The translations under genes and the position numbers were made by a program. A stretch of DNA of 64,000 bases from the NCBI RefSeq assembly GCF_009914755.1, contig NC_060936.1. The stretch is one strand, 5' to 3'. Positions 24,188-38,762 of the stretch are shown here, piece by piece. The notes below the pieces were generated by a model. The model searched no databases. It was not told where the DNA came from and saw nothing but the letters and a program-made list of their open reading frames with translations. The stretch comes from the human T2T-CHM13v2.0 reference genome, Homo sapiens. Each line of letters begins with the position of its first letter. Within the stretch, counting starts at the first letter, position 1.

Positions 24188-25429
24188 ATAGAGTCAGAGA
24201 GTTGCTTAGGTTGTATTTTATACAGCAAGTTGATTCAATCATTGCCATCAAACAAATACCCAATTCAGTGAAAAAAAAATCAGTTGAAGTATGTGTTAGG
24301 ATAATGTAGGAAAAAACATCTGCCCATTAAAAATTATATTCTTCCCTTTTTATTCAGCTAGGTTGGTAAATCATAGACATATTTTTAAAGGTGAATTAAT
24401 TTGAGAGCTTCTAATTTCTGTTCTAGACTCCTGAAGGAGTCTGCAAATAATACTTTATAGTTTTACTGCACCTTCATTCTAAGGATTTTTCAAAACATCT
24501 CATGCATGTTGTCTCATTGCATTGTTTACTTGACCCCATGACAGATTTGTTTCCAGCATACAGGTGGGGAAACTGAGGCTCGGAGATGATCTGACTTGCT
24601 GAAAGTTGAATGGCAAGTCTGAGCAGGTGCAGGCTTGGCCCTGCTCTTCTTCCTTTGTACCATGAACTTGTTGCGACTCCTCTGGGGTCTCCTCTGGGAG
24701 ATGGAAATTTCCATCCAGGGAGTACTGTTATTGATAGGCCCTCTCAGGGGGAGGAGACTGCCAGTGCCGTGACTCAAAATAGCTGTCTCTTCCCTGCTGA
24801 AGATGTTGCCCTTTCCACAGCAAATGGATGAATTAGACCCCCCTGCTTCGATAAAATACTTTAGGGTTTATAGGGTGGAAAATTTTGTTTGGAAATGAAA
24901 ATAGCCCATAGCCATCCATACCCTGAAGCTGTCAGCTAATGCCATCTGAGTCACCCCTCCCCATCTTCTGGCACCTGTGGGGAGCCTCCCTGTGGTCTAC
25001 CTTGCGGGGTCTGAGCTTGGCCATATTTGGCATTCTGGAGCCTGCTGGCTTTGGAAGTGCCTTTCAACCTGCCAACACCCACATGGGGTCCCGGATCAAG
25101 CCATGTGTTTAAATGACTGGGCTGTGGAGGGAGCTCCAGTGGAGACGTCCAAGGGATGTAGGGCCATTTACTTAACATAAATCAGTTCCCTGAGTGTGAG
25201 TGTCTTAATGCATTCCTTCAGTTATAAACAGTTTAGAGCCATGACAGCCAACATCTTTTCACCCCCGCTCTCCTTAGCCCAGGCCTCCATTTGGATTTGT
25301 TTCTACAGCCAGAGACTTTGATGATTGCAAGGGATGATAGGGAGGCCATTCTGAAGACAAATAACCATTGTTTATGGAGCCCTGACTCCTGGGGTGGCAG
25401 CCGCTCACTGGGTGCAGGCATGGGACCTG

Positions 25430-25690
25430 CTCATCAGCTCCTGGTGGGCACTAATCTAAGTGTGTCCCATACTCTATCTTGTTTAATCTTCCCCTCCCAT
25501 TGATGAAGTGGGGACCTCTTACATTTTACATTTTAGAGAAAATTTTACATTTATGGAAACCCATTTTACAGAGAAGAAACCTGACGTTCCCAGGGCCTCA
25601 TTAATTTGCTCAAGGTCACACAGCTATTGAATGGGAGAGCTGGAATTTGAACGTAGGCAGCTTGTTTTCTGAGCTCTGGCTTCTAAAACG
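25430..25690 (-). mobile_element. MIR SINE
   Basis: CCCATTTTACAGAGAAGAAAC..AAGGTCACACAGCTA..GGAATTTGAAC. Confidence 0.75.
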
Positions 25691-28133
25691 CTTTGCCATG
25701 TTTATGTTATTTCCTGTCTAATTTGGAGGCTTTGTTGCTGGGCTTTTGAGATCTTTCTTGCTTGCTTAAATAGCAGTCCATAGGTTGGCAGAACAAGCCT
25801 GTGGATACTGCCCTGACTTCCGGTAGGAATGTTCACAGAAGTGGCGTCAGTACCATGGACTTGTCCTTGTCCCAACCTCAGATGTAGAACAGTGGAGCCA
25901 GGTTCCCAGAGTCCTGGCTTGTGCTGTGCCCCAGGTTTCTCCTGGGAGCGGATGTGCCAGGGCTTGTTCTTGGGAGTCTGCCTGCACCCATGGAGAACTG
26001 ACAGTCAGGGAACCCATTTTGGTATAAACAGGGGTTGGTATATTTAGAAATAATCTCTAGAGACTGTCATATGTGCTTATCTGCATGCTCAGAGATAAAA
26101 GTCAGGGAGGTGGGTCAGTAAGAAAATGCTGGGGTTGACATCCAGTTGACACATGGCTCTTTCCCAGGGACACAGGGCAGCCTGATACATAGGGCCTATT
26201 TTAGGGTCTTTCATTATCGGTTTGGAATTGTCGCTGTCTGCACTGCAGTAAAACAAGACTCGCCTGGATCTGCCTTTCCTGACTTGAGAAAAAAAGATCC
26301 TTACACAGGCTTGCCTTCGATTCCCATCTTTCTCCAACGTGCTCACATGTGCTAGGGTTTTTTGTTTTCTCTCTGCAACCCACCCGCAGACGTAACCTTC
26401 TGATTCACTGTCTAATTTAGGGCAGAAACTTGCAGAGCAATGTCAAATGGGTCTGTTTTCACTTCTGGATATTACACATGCGTAATGTTCTTGCTTTGAA
26501 AGCATTCCAAGAGGATACGATAAATAAAGGGGCTCGTACACATACAGCTCAGTGGCCACGTGGCTCACATGGGTCTGCTGCTTTTGGGAGCGGGCCATGT
26601 TTCTTCTCCCCTTCCTTCCCTCGCCTCACTCCCTCCCTACCTACCTCCCCCCTCCCTTCCTCCCTTCACTTTTCCCCCTCCTTTCTTCCTTTGTTAAGCA
26701 AAATAATTTTTTCATTCATGAGCAAAAACAGTTTTCCAAGGGATGTGAAAAGGCAACAGAGATGGTATCTCTAGTACCCTGTATTTTTCAGTCACAAAAT
26801 TATTTGCCTCTGGCTTTTCTCCCAAGTTCGATTCCCATTTATTCTACACTTGTATCGGAACCATTGCTGTTTTTAATGGGATGACACAGTTAAAATGAGC
26901 CCCTGCTTTATAGAATGGGACTTGTTAGACGGGTCACCCTGGTTGGAAGGCCCGGGAGACCTCTGGCTCTTTAAACACGCAGTTGCTGTGTGTGAAGGAC
27001 ACTGGGTTCTGCTATACGGCACTTTCTACTGAGTGGGAAATTGAGACATGGAACATGAACCAGCCACCCCTGGAATCCAGGAGAGGGCTGAAGCACTGGC
27101 TGGCACGTGCCCTGGAGCGGACGCCATGCTGGGCTCACTAGCTGTGGCTTCATGTTTAGCAATGAGGTCGAGCAACATTCATTACAACGCATTGCCCACT
27201 TAAGTTTGATTTAAGATGTGTACCGTTTATGATCAACAGGGAAATTTAATTTAGGTACAGCTAATAGCTGCATGTGTGAGTATGTGTGTGGTAGGTTGAT
27301 GAGAGTTTCAGGCATGTTGTTTAAATTTGAACATTAGCTAACCTTCTAGGTAAGTGTTTCATAATGGGGTATCCCACATATAAAAATGACATTAGGGTTC
27401 AGACTTTGCAATTGATTGCACATCTCTCTTTTCTAAATGTTTTCTTCTTTCTTTTTCAAGAGAAAGGGGAGATCTTAATGTATGGGTAGTCCAAGGTACA
27501 TAATGTTTTATATCACAGTTTTAAATTTGTATTACTTTTTAAAGAGGAAGGTGAAGTAGTATTGGCTAGACTGGGTTGAGTTGGGATTTGCAAGTAAAAA
27601 TAGCCTTACTTTATTGAGTATCTAGTGTATGCCAGGCCTTATGTCAGGAACTTTATGTGACTTGTATAACTTAATTCTCACAACAACCCTGTGTTGTAGA
27701 TATGAGTGTGAACAAAGGAGAGAATAGGTTCAAAATAGCTAATGCCATGGCAGCCCATAGAAGTTTGGAGCTGGATATAGGGTTTGGGGCTGAGGAGGCA
27801 AGAGTTACGGCCTCAGGCCTATAAAAATTGGGGGAGCTGGAATGGAACCCTTGCATAAAGCCCAGAACCTTAAAGAGCTTCCTGTTCAGAGAAGGGAGAT
27901 GAGAAACTCTGTTTACTGCTTTGGAGTCAACAGCAAGGAAGTGTTCTGTGTGTCCTGGGGCTTGCTGTGTCACCTTTGAGAGAGCAAAACTCTCGGGCTG
28001 TATCAACCACATGTGTGGCACCTGAATTCATACTACTTGCATACTATAGGAAATTTAGGATAACAATTAACATAAAAATGAAATCTAAGACATTGATAGA
28101 TTAATGGATAAAGAAAATGTGGTGTATACATAC

Positions 28134-28508
28134 TGCTGTGGACTGAATAGTGTGTGGAAGCAAATTCATGTGTGGAAGCCCTAGCCTCCAATGTGATGGT
28201 ATTTGGGGATAGGGCCTTTGGGAGTTGATTAGGTTCAGATGAGGCCAGGAGGTGGGCCTTCCTGATGGGATTAGTGCCCTTAGAAGAAGAAACACCAGAG
28301 AGCTTGCTCTCACTTTCTCCCTGCCACGTGAGGACACAGAGAGAAGGTGGCCATCTGCAAGCCAAAAGGAGAGCCCTCACTAGAAATCCATCTGCTGGCA
28401 CCTTGATCTTGGAGTTCCAGCCTCTAGAACTGTGAGGAAATAAATTTTTGTTTCTTAAGCCGGCTAGTCTATGGTATTTTGCTATGACAGCCTGAGCTGA
28501 TTAAGATA
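28134..28508 (+). mobile_element. MaLR solo LTR (MST-type)
   Basis: TGCTGTGGACTGAAT...AAATAAATT...TAAGATA with 5-bp TSD CATAC (28129-28133 / 28509-28513). Confidence 0.88.
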
Positions 28509-28838
28509 CATACAGCGGAGTATTATTCAGCCTGAAAAAAAGAAAGAAATCCTGTCATATGCTACAACGGGGATGAACCTTGAGGACGTTGTGCTAAGTG
28601 AAATAAGCTGGTCACAGAAGGATGAATACTGGATGATCCTATTTATATGAGGTATCTGAAGTAGTCAAACTCTTAGAAGTAGAATTGTGGTTGCCAAGGG
28701 CTGAACGAGGGGTGCAGAGGGGGTTGTTCAATGGATATAGAGTTTCAGTTACACAAGATGAAAAAGTTCTAGAGATCTGATCACAACAATGCACATATAG
28801 TTAACACTAGTTTAACTGTACACCTAAAAACGCTTATC

Positions 28839-29429
28839 GTGGAAGTCGGTGTGGCGATTCCTCAGGGATCTAGAACTAGAAATACCATTTGACCCAGCCA
28901 TCCCATTACTGGGTATATACCCAAAGGATTATAAATCATGCTGCTATAAAGACACATGCACACGTATGTTTATTGCGGCACTATTCACAATAGCAAAGAC
29001 TTGGAACCAACCCAAATGTCCAATAATGATAGACTGGAATAAGAAAATGTGGCACATATACACCATGGAATACTATGCAGCCATAAAAAATGATGAGTTC
29101 ATGTCCTTTGTAGGGACATGGATGAAGCTGGAAACCATCATTCTCAGCAAACTATCACAAGGACAAAAAACCAAACGCCACATGTTCTCACTTATAGGTG
29201 GGAATTGAACAATGAGAACACATGGACACAAGAAGGGGAACATCACACACCAGGGGCTGTTGTGGGATGGGGGGAGGGGGGAGGGATAGCATTAGGAGAT
29301 ATACCTAATATTAAATGAAGAGTTAATGGGTGCAGCACACCAACATGGCACATGTATACATATGTGACAAACCTGCACATTGTGCACATGTACCCTAAAA
29401 CTTAAAATATAATAATAATTAAAAAAAAA
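28839..29429 (+). mobile_element. L1PA 3' end (ORF2 C-terminus plus 3'UTR)
   Basis: ORF 28849-29208 reads WRFLRDLELEIPFDPAIPLLGIYPKDYKSCCYKDTCTRMFIAALFTIAKTWNQPKCP...LIGGN, the ORF2p C-terminus, followed by the 3'UTR and an A tail. Confidence 0.96.
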
Positions 29430-29442
29430 TGGTTAAGATGGT

Positions 29443-29804
29443 TGTCTTAGTCAGTTTGGCTGCCATAACAATTTACCATAGACTGGGTGGCTTAAACAGC
29501 AAGTACTCATTTCTCACAATTCTGGAGGCTGGGAAGTCCAAGATCATGGTGCTAGCAGATTTGATATCTGGTGAGGACCTGCTTCCTGGATGACTGCCTT
29601 CTCATTGTCTCCTCACTGGCAGAGAGTTGAGAACTGAAGAGCTCTCTCATGGCTCTTTCTATAAGGGCACGAATCCTACTCATGAGGAACCATCTTTATG
29701 ACCTAATTACCTCCAGAAGGCCGCACCTCCTCATACCATCACACTGGGAGTCCAGTGCTTCAACATATAAATTTTGGGGAGACACAAACATTTAGTCCAT
29801 AACA
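29443..29804 (-). mobile_element. MaLR solo LTR (MST/MLT1A-type)
   Basis: TGTCTTAGTC...CCATAACA with 5-bp TSD ATGGT (29438-29442 / 29805-29809). Confidence 0.88.
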
Positions 29805-30009
29805 ATGGTAAATTTTATATATATATTTTTGCCTCAATAACAAGAACCCCACAAAACTAGATCTAGGATAACTGATACCCATAGGACCCTTCAAAAATAA
29901 TCACAAAAACTCTGAAGCCTTCTTCCACAGCTCAGGACCCTTCAGACTTTTATAAAATAAGCAGTCCAGGCTGAAGATGAGCTTACAGTAAAAAATAATG
30001 TACACCTCA

Positions 30010-30432
<423 letters not shown>

Positions 30433-30462
30433 ATAAAATAACCTTGTTTAAATCAAAGAGAT

Positions 30463-30859
<397 letters not shown>

Positions 30860-31438
30860 TTAGAAATGAAAAACACATTTAAATAAATAACTTAATGGAT
30901 GGATTAAACATTAGGTTAGATATGGTAGAAGGTAATATCAGTGGATTGGAAGTTAGATCTGAGGAAATTGCATAGAATACAGCCCAGATATTAAAATATT
31001 GCATATATGAAGGAGCCATTGAAAGAATTGGTGGAAAGAATGAAAAAGGTTAACTTACATCTAAATGGAGTTCTAGGAAACAGTGGAGAGAATGATGAAA
31101 AGGCATTACTTTAAAAGATAATGCCAAGAATGTTTTGAAATTTAAGAAAGATATTGATTTTTAGATTATACCAGCACACTGAGTATTGAGTAGGGTAATT
31201 AAAAATACATCTCGATCTAGACACTCAGTGTAGAAAACTGCTTAAATGTCAAAGAAAATCTTAAAAGCAAGCAGGGAGAAAAGACAGATTATTTCTGTAC
31301 AAACACCAGACTTCATCAACCACAACAGACGCCAGAAGACAATGAAATAATATCTTCAAAGTGCTCAGTGAATATCAAACTAGAATTCTATACAAAGCTA
31401 AATTATCATTCAAGAGTTAGGATGGAAAGGCATTTTTC

Positions 31439-31881
<443 letters not shown>

Positions 31882-34319
31882 TTAGGATGATTGAAATTTA
31901 GGATGGGGTGGGTGCAAAGATCAGAATTTAATGTGTTCTAAGGTCTTGGTATTTTTCAGGGAAATAATGAACTATTATTTGAAATATTTCATAATTCAAA
32001 AGAAAGCAGACAGAAATACCCAGACATTGACCTTTGGGCACCATCATTATCACTAGAATAACAACTAATATATGCGGAGTTCTTACTGTGTGCCAAGGTC
32101 TTTTATGATGTTATTCCATTTAATCTCACAGCAACCGTATGAAAAAGGTAACGCTGCCATTTTGAGAGGTAAGAAAACAGGGGGGACAGGGGGGATATTC
32201 ACTTCAGTGCTGCCATCACTGAGGGTAACACACAGCAATAGTCTGTGTTCCGTGAATGTGGATGAACCAAACCAAGCTGAGGTTAAACTATAATAAGCAC
32301 CTTGCTCGTGTCACATGTTAGAGAAGTGATGAAACTGTGGTTCTAACTCAGGCCTGTCTAGCCTGAGACTCCCTGCTCTTTTCCACAGTGTCTGCCCCTC
32401 ACTGTTTCCTTCTCTGAGTAGACGAGTCAGACGCTGGCCCTGCACTTCCTGTGAATTAATGCCCCGCTTTTCCCCTCTCACACATGCTTTGGTCTGTGTG
32501 ACTTGTCCCATTCAGGCCCTGATGTCCTAGTGGTGTCTTTCCAGGTGTCATACAGCCCGGCAGCGTCTCCTGCATCCTTGCTTTGCTTTCAACAAGACTG
32601 GGCCGGCTGTCGCTCCCCAGTTTCTATGTGGCAGTCAGACAACACCCCCCGCATGGTGTTGCTAGGAAATGCAGGAGCGATCATAGCATTTGGAGCAGGG
32701 GCCCTCTCTCCTGCCTCCTGTACACACCTGCCTTTACCATCTGTTCAGGATGCTCCTGGCACCTTGACCCTGCCACACTGAGATGCTCCACCTCATTCTA
32801 GACTGTGGACCTCAGAGCTTGGGTTTTCTTAATGGAGGAATTATCAGGGAGAAAACTGGAGCCTGGGGTTGCTAAGCTACACTGGACCCTGTTCTAGTCA
32901 CACACTGGAGAAGAGGTGCTGAGAGTGGGATGTCTTGCGTTCAAGGAATTTTCATTCAGTTTCCTATATTTTCAACAAAACGCCTATCTCTGCTCAAGTC
33001 TACTTTATATCGTATATTTATATATAGATATGCACACACATATGTGTACATACACACACTGAATAATTAACTCGTTACGCCTGTGAAAATAGTTTTTTGG
33101 TGGTGTTTGTTTTTTGCCCCTTTGGTTCGTTTAATCATGGACTGTGCTGTTTGGTTTCCTGAATTGCCAGTTAATTTCAGGCTAAGGCAGTTAATCAGGT
33201 AGTCCCACATGGCCTGGCTTGAACATAGAAGGAACAGGGAGCTCTGATGCATTTAGGTTCTGATTACTGGCTTCTCACACACTGTCATCATTCTTTGGAG
33301 GGTTTTTCTTGACCTGAGCTCAAATCATTCCATACCAAAGGGATTCCTGATTTAAACTGTCAGTGTTAAAAGGCCTGGTGGACAGATGGTGTCTTACAGG
33401 CAAACAAAGGCTCTTGGCTTGCTGCTGATGGAAGCCATGGACTCCTCCAATTTCTCCTTTTCCCCCAAAGAGGCCCTGGCCGTAGATCCCAGCATTGCCA
33501 GGCAGCCTGTGTTGTTGAGGACTGTGTCCTGTGTTTTGGTGGCCAAGAGCATTTCGACTCTCCCAGGGGTGTGCCAGAGGATCAGGCTATCCCTTTCTTA
33601 GGGACACAGTTGAGGTGGGTGGAAACAGCATGTACCTTGCCATTGGAGAAGCTGGGTTTATGCTGTGATTCACCCAGCCATCTCAGGTTGTGCTCTTGGG
33701 AGAGTCTTTGATCCTCAGTTTCCCCAGCTGTAGATTGGTGATATTTGTCTCCACATTGTAAAGAGAATTTATGATACTGAAGAAAATGCTGTGTAAACTT
33801 TAAAACAATACAAATGTAAGGCATTGCTACTCTCAGTGCTTGGAGGATGTTTTGTGGGAAGTTAATGGCCCTTGCTCTGCCATATTTCAGTGCCAAGAAC
33901 CACAAGAGCTGTCAATAAATACTGATGAATGATGAGGGGGAGAAGCCATTTGACTCTGTGGAAGCCAGTGCTTTATATATTAAATGCATGTATTCATTGG
34001 ATCATTCATTGAGCAAATATTTATTGAGTTCCTACTAAACACGAGGCACTGGGAATAAAACACTGAATAAAACAAGTGGAATCATGACTAATGTTTCCTC
34101 TGGCTTTCACAGAGTTAGAAAAATTAGGTGTGTTGTTTTCATAAAATTAAATTATTCTATATATATAAAGGATTTTAAAATGCTGATAGTATATCTGTCC
34201 TCCTCTTTGGTATTAAAATGTCTCTTCTTTTGTGTGATGATGGTGATAGTTGATTTTTGAAAAACTTTTCACATAGTCAAATTTGAAAAGGTGTTGTTAG
34301 TTGTCCTTGAAATCCAGCT

Positions 34320-35260
34320 TGGGGATGACTGATCTAGCCCAACTCCCCACCCAGGGCAGGCCTGTCTTTAGCATTCTCAACAAGTGGTCATCTAGTTTCT
34401 ACTTGGATAGTTCCAGGGAAGGGGACCTCACTAACTTCAACACGCAGCCATTCAAATGTTAAACAGCCATTATCTTTTGAGTGTTCTTTTTTATATTAAG
34501 TGGAAATCTACCATCCTATAACTTCTGCTCATCAAGCTTGAGTCCTCCATCTGGAGCAAACAAAATATATTTACTTCATTTTCTTATAGCCCTCCAGATT
34601 TTTGAAGCAGACTATTATGTTTCTTCCAAGCATATTTTCCAGACTTCTTGTCCCCACTTTCTTTACCCACGTTCTCCCGTGGCTTCATTCCTCTCCCTCT
34701 TGCCCCACCTCTGCTGGTCAGCTTCTACTTGCCAGTGTTCCTCTTGGAGTCTGTTCCCCAGAAGGGACACAGGGCTTCAGCTGTGTGCCGACTTGGATGG
34801 AGTGCTCAGCCTGCTATGTCCCTGATTCAGAGCTCTGAATGCAGATTAAGGAAGAAGTAAAGATTGCGTTTGCCTTTTTGGCAGCTGTGCTCTACTGTTG
34901 ACTCATATTGAGTCGTAGCCTACTAAAATCCCTAGGGTCCTTGTCATATAAATTGCTGATAAGGCAAGCCAGGGTTCCACCTACCCTATGTTTATGCAGT
35001 GAATTTTTTCATCTAAGTATAGTCCTTTACATTGTGCTTATTCTATTTCATCTCGTTAGTGTGGACCATAGTTTCAGCTTGTTGAGGTCATTTTTATTCT
35101 GACTGAAACTTCCAATTTACTAGCTATTCCTCCCAGATTTGTGTCAGCAGCACATTTGGCAAATTTGTCTTCATCCAACTTTTTAATTTAGTGTTCAAAA
35201 GGCTAGAGCCAAAGACAGAGCCTTGGGTCACATCAGTAGAGACCTCCCAGGGTAAATGTA
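34320..35260 (-). mobile_element. CR1/L3 LINE fragment
   Basis: CCAGGGAAGGGGACCTCACTA..CAGCCATTC and GCCTTTTTGGCAGCTGTG..TGTTGACTCATATTGAG motifs. Confidence 0.65.
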
Positions 35261-35559
35261 TCAGTGAGTCAATCCCTAGGCATCTGTGCATAGAATCAGT
35301 GCACCTATGAATGTGTCAATCATCAGTGCATCTCTGGATCAGCCAACTGCAGACCCTCCTGAGTGTATTAATCACACTGGTGATGTGAGTTCTATTTTCA
35401 GACTCTTCTACTTCTCATTTTTTAAGGCAATGTCAACCTTTTCCATTATTGAACCACCATTGGTAGGATTATGACTTTCAAATTTACCTTTTCAGCCCAG
35501 ATATCTGTCTCTTTTACATTTTTAATTTTTTAATTGAATAGCTGCAGAACGTTTTAATT

Positions 35560-36410
35560 TTTCAAAGTAAATGCACTATCTCCACGTCCTCTGAAACCTT
35601 CTTCTCTTTCTGTGATCAACTTGGTGCCACCAAGTTGGCCAAGCCAGGTACCTGGAAGCCATTCTCAGTGCTTTTGCTTTCTTCTCACTCCACAGCTAAT
35701 TCAATTGAGTGGGGTAATTATAAATACCCTTAGCTGTTCTAAGAGATTCTACCTCCTTAGTACCTCATAATACACCCCTCGGACTCTGATCCGTCTTGCC
35801 TATACAACTGTAAGAACCTTCTAACTAGATTCTGTACTCCTGGCCTGACTCCTTCTAGCCCTCATCCTGTACTGTGTCACCAGGAAACAAAAGCCTCACT
35901 CAGATTATGTCAGTGTACTGCACTGAGGCCTTTGCTAGCACCCTGTCCACTGTAAATGATAGGTGGTCCTGCATCGTCTTACTGTTCTCAGCTTTTACTG
36001 TTTCTTCTACCAACCCTACACTTCAGATGTACTGTCTACTGCTGGTTCCCAACTGCAGCATGTAAATTCATGCTTTGGATATGCCGTTCCCTGTATCTGG
36101 GATGCCTTTCACTCCTTCTAGTCAACTGACTTCTACTGCTTCTTTAGGATTCAGATCAAGCATCCCCTCCTTTGGGACTTCTTCCGCAGATGCAGCGGGT
36201 TGGGCATCCCTTTTCAGCACCACTGCAGCACTCTAAGTGTACCCATTGGAAAACTCATCACTACATGGTAGACTGTTTGTCTGCCTCTCCCACTTGGTGG
36301 AGGGCCCTTGCAGGGCAATGCCTGTGCTCTGTTTACCACTGGAGCCACAGCTCTTAGCACATAGTAGTAGGCACTTGGGATTTGTTGAAAAAATGGATGA
36401 ATGGAGGATT
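35560..36410 (+). mobile_element. L2 LINE fragment
   Basis: Ends CTTAGCACATAGTAGTAGGCAC..TTGTTGAA..GGATGAATG; pyrimidine-rich L2 body. Confidence 0.65.
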
Positions 36411-36659
36411 TGACAAATCATTTCCAATTTGCCTTGAACTGAGTGACCATTACTTCCCTTTTAGCATTACTCTATGATTCTGCATCTGTGGCATCCCTTT
36501 GATGTACTGGCCATATAATTCCATTCAAAAAGTGAAAGTGTACTTGACATTGATTAGGTTTTTTCTCCATAGATGTTCCAAGTCATCCGATTTCTAATCT
36601 ATTCTAGGCTTGTTAAACTCCATTTTTACCACTTAGTTGCATGTTTGTTTCTCTGATCC

Positions 36660-37102
36660 TGTATTAGTTAGGGAAGGCTAGCAGCTGTTACAAGCAGCCC
36701 AAAATCTCACTGGCTTGATGCAATACGAGTTTAATTTTCAGTTACGTGACAGTCCAGTGCAGTTACTCCTGGTCAGGTGGCCTTCCGCATGGTGACTCAG
36801 TGAGCATGGTCCATTTCATTCTGCAGGGCTTCTCTCTTTGTGGTCTTTGACGTTTTCTCCATTCAGCTAATGTATGGAGAAAGAGAAGCAATTGCAGGTG
36901 AGGAAACAGAGGGATGGTGCGTGGGAGCTTCTCACTGGCCCGGCCTGGACTAGCACACCATCACTTCTGTGCACATTTCACTGGCCAGAACTTAGTCATA
37001 TGGTCATGTCTGACTGCCACGGCAGCTGGAAAATGTAGGCTAGCTGTGACCCCAGGAAGAAAAAGGGAACACAGATATTTGTGAGCATGAACAGTTGCCA
37101 TT
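36660..37102 (-). mobile_element. MaLR LTR (MLT1J/K-like)
   Basis: TGTATTAGTTAGG..CAAAATCTCACTGGCTT..CACATTTCACTGGCCAGAACTTAGTCATATGG. Confidence 0.75.
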
Positions 37103-38529
37103 GCACCCATTCTTAGATTCTGGACCTCGTGATTCCCAGGGCTGCCTTCCAGAGCTCTTCTTAGTCAGGGCATTTTCTGTGCTCCAAGCCCTTTGATCTT
37201 CTATCTCCCAGGCTGGGTTTTTTTATCTCTGCCCTTTGCCTCTCTGTTCTCTCAAGCCCTCTTGGCCATTGGTACCTCATTTCTCTTTTCTTGCTGGCCT
37301 GTCTGATCTTGACTCCTCATCGCTCCAGTTTCCCAGCAGCTGATCCTCACTTGCTCACGTGTCTGGGACTGGACCATCTGATTCTTGGTACCTGCTTGCC
37401 ATTGCCAGATGTGTTCCTCAGGGACAGCCCATCCCATTCCAAGTCCTGGCACAATGGGGGAGAGTCCTTTCACTCTGTCCTGTGCTTTGAAGTCCTTCCT
37501 ATGAGTACAGAGTATGGATTTGAACTCTGTTTTTAGAGATAATTAGAGAACTGAGGGAGTTACAGTGAGAGCCACTGGGAGATGTGGGCTTTGGGAAGCC
37601 AAAAGTATCCATGCTGTATGTCCTGAAGCAGATAAGCCTGAAGTTAATGGATAATCTGTACGTATATGTAGAAAAATTGCAAAGGTGGTGATGCTAGAGT
37701 ACATGTTTTTTTGTTACTCTGAAAAAGAAGAAAGTGTCACATTTTAGTGTGAGAATTTTAGGTAAGAGACAAAGAAAAAAATCATAAATTCCAGAATTTG
37801 GGATGCCATTATGGAGAGGTTAAGTAATGTGCTTTCCTAGAAAAAAATGGGAGTGGAAGAGCCCATCTCAGAAGGCTTTGCAGTGACCTGCTGGGTGGCA
37901 GGAGATGGATAAGCAAGCTCAAAATCTCTTCTTCTGCCATGATTCTTTGAAAAAAATAAAAAAGCTGGGTGTTCTGCTTTTGACTCTGACCTTGTTTGAG
38001 AGATGCTCATACTGAACGTGTTTGTCTCTGGGTAATGGTTCCGGATGATTTTGTAAATGGAACGGGTATTGTCTTGTAAGGTTTCAGGAACTATGATGCC
38101 TGAGTTCCATTACCTGTTTTGTCACCCACTCATTCTGCAGGTTACTCACTTGGGTAGGCCACTTCTCCATTCTTTTGATGGTCTGCTTATCTATTAAGTG
38201 GGAATGGGAACAGGATGAATTTTCAGGAGGTTTGAATGAGAAGTAATTCATGTTTCTAACACGCTTCAGAATACATAAGTACAACATCCTATGGGAATTC
38301 AAAATACAATTACACTTTTGTTAGGTTTATTTCTCCGTATGCTGGTTCTTTGGTTCTTGCCTTGAGACATGCAGCTTTTTGCAAATGCTGTTTCCTAGAA
38401 ATAGCTCTTTAAATGTGTGTGCCTCTCCTAGTGAGGGCTGAAATGGTACCCTCTGCTGGGTTGGAGGCTGGGGAGGAAGGAGAGGAGGCTGAAAGTCAAC
38501 ACCCTCAGGCCAGGGCCCTAACTCTAGAG

Positions 38530-38762
38530 GCCGTGAACACGGTGGTTAGAGCACGTACTTTGCTGTCAGGCTGCTTGGTTTGCCGGAGGCTTGGCACAAG
38601 CTGGTTAGTCCCTCTGTGCCTCAGTGTTCTCATCTGTGAAGTGGGCGTCATAATAATGCCTACCTTATGGGGGTGCTGAGAGGATTAAATAAATCAATGT
38701 ATGTAAAATCATGAGAACAGGGTCTGGCCCACAGGGAGTACTCTGCAAGTATTAACTCTTAT
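38530..38762 (+). mobile_element. MIR SINE
   Basis: CCTCTGTGCCTCAGTGTTCTCATCTGTGAAGTGGG..GAGGATTAAAT. Confidence 0.8.

Larger units (their letters stand above)
28085..29840 (+). mobile_element. Old L1M (L1MB/MA-like) 3' end, host to three nested insertions
   Basis: ATGGATAAAGAAAATGTGG, GATGAACCTTGAGGAC, GATGAAAAAGTTCTAGAGAT and ATGGTTAAGATGGT..AAATTTTAT are collinear once the inserts are removed. Confidence 0.85.

Noticed and set aside
25915-25940. LCCAP-encoding stretch as the alternative first exon 1c described in rodent smooth muscle
   Set aside because: Only four residues resemble my recollection of that peptide, with no adjacent ATG and a poor donor. I could not identify exon 1c, exon 1a or exon 2 in this window.
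36213-36232. REST/RE1 site (TTCAGCACCAC...)
   Set aside because: Left half-site only; the GGACAG right half is absent and it lies in an L2 relic.
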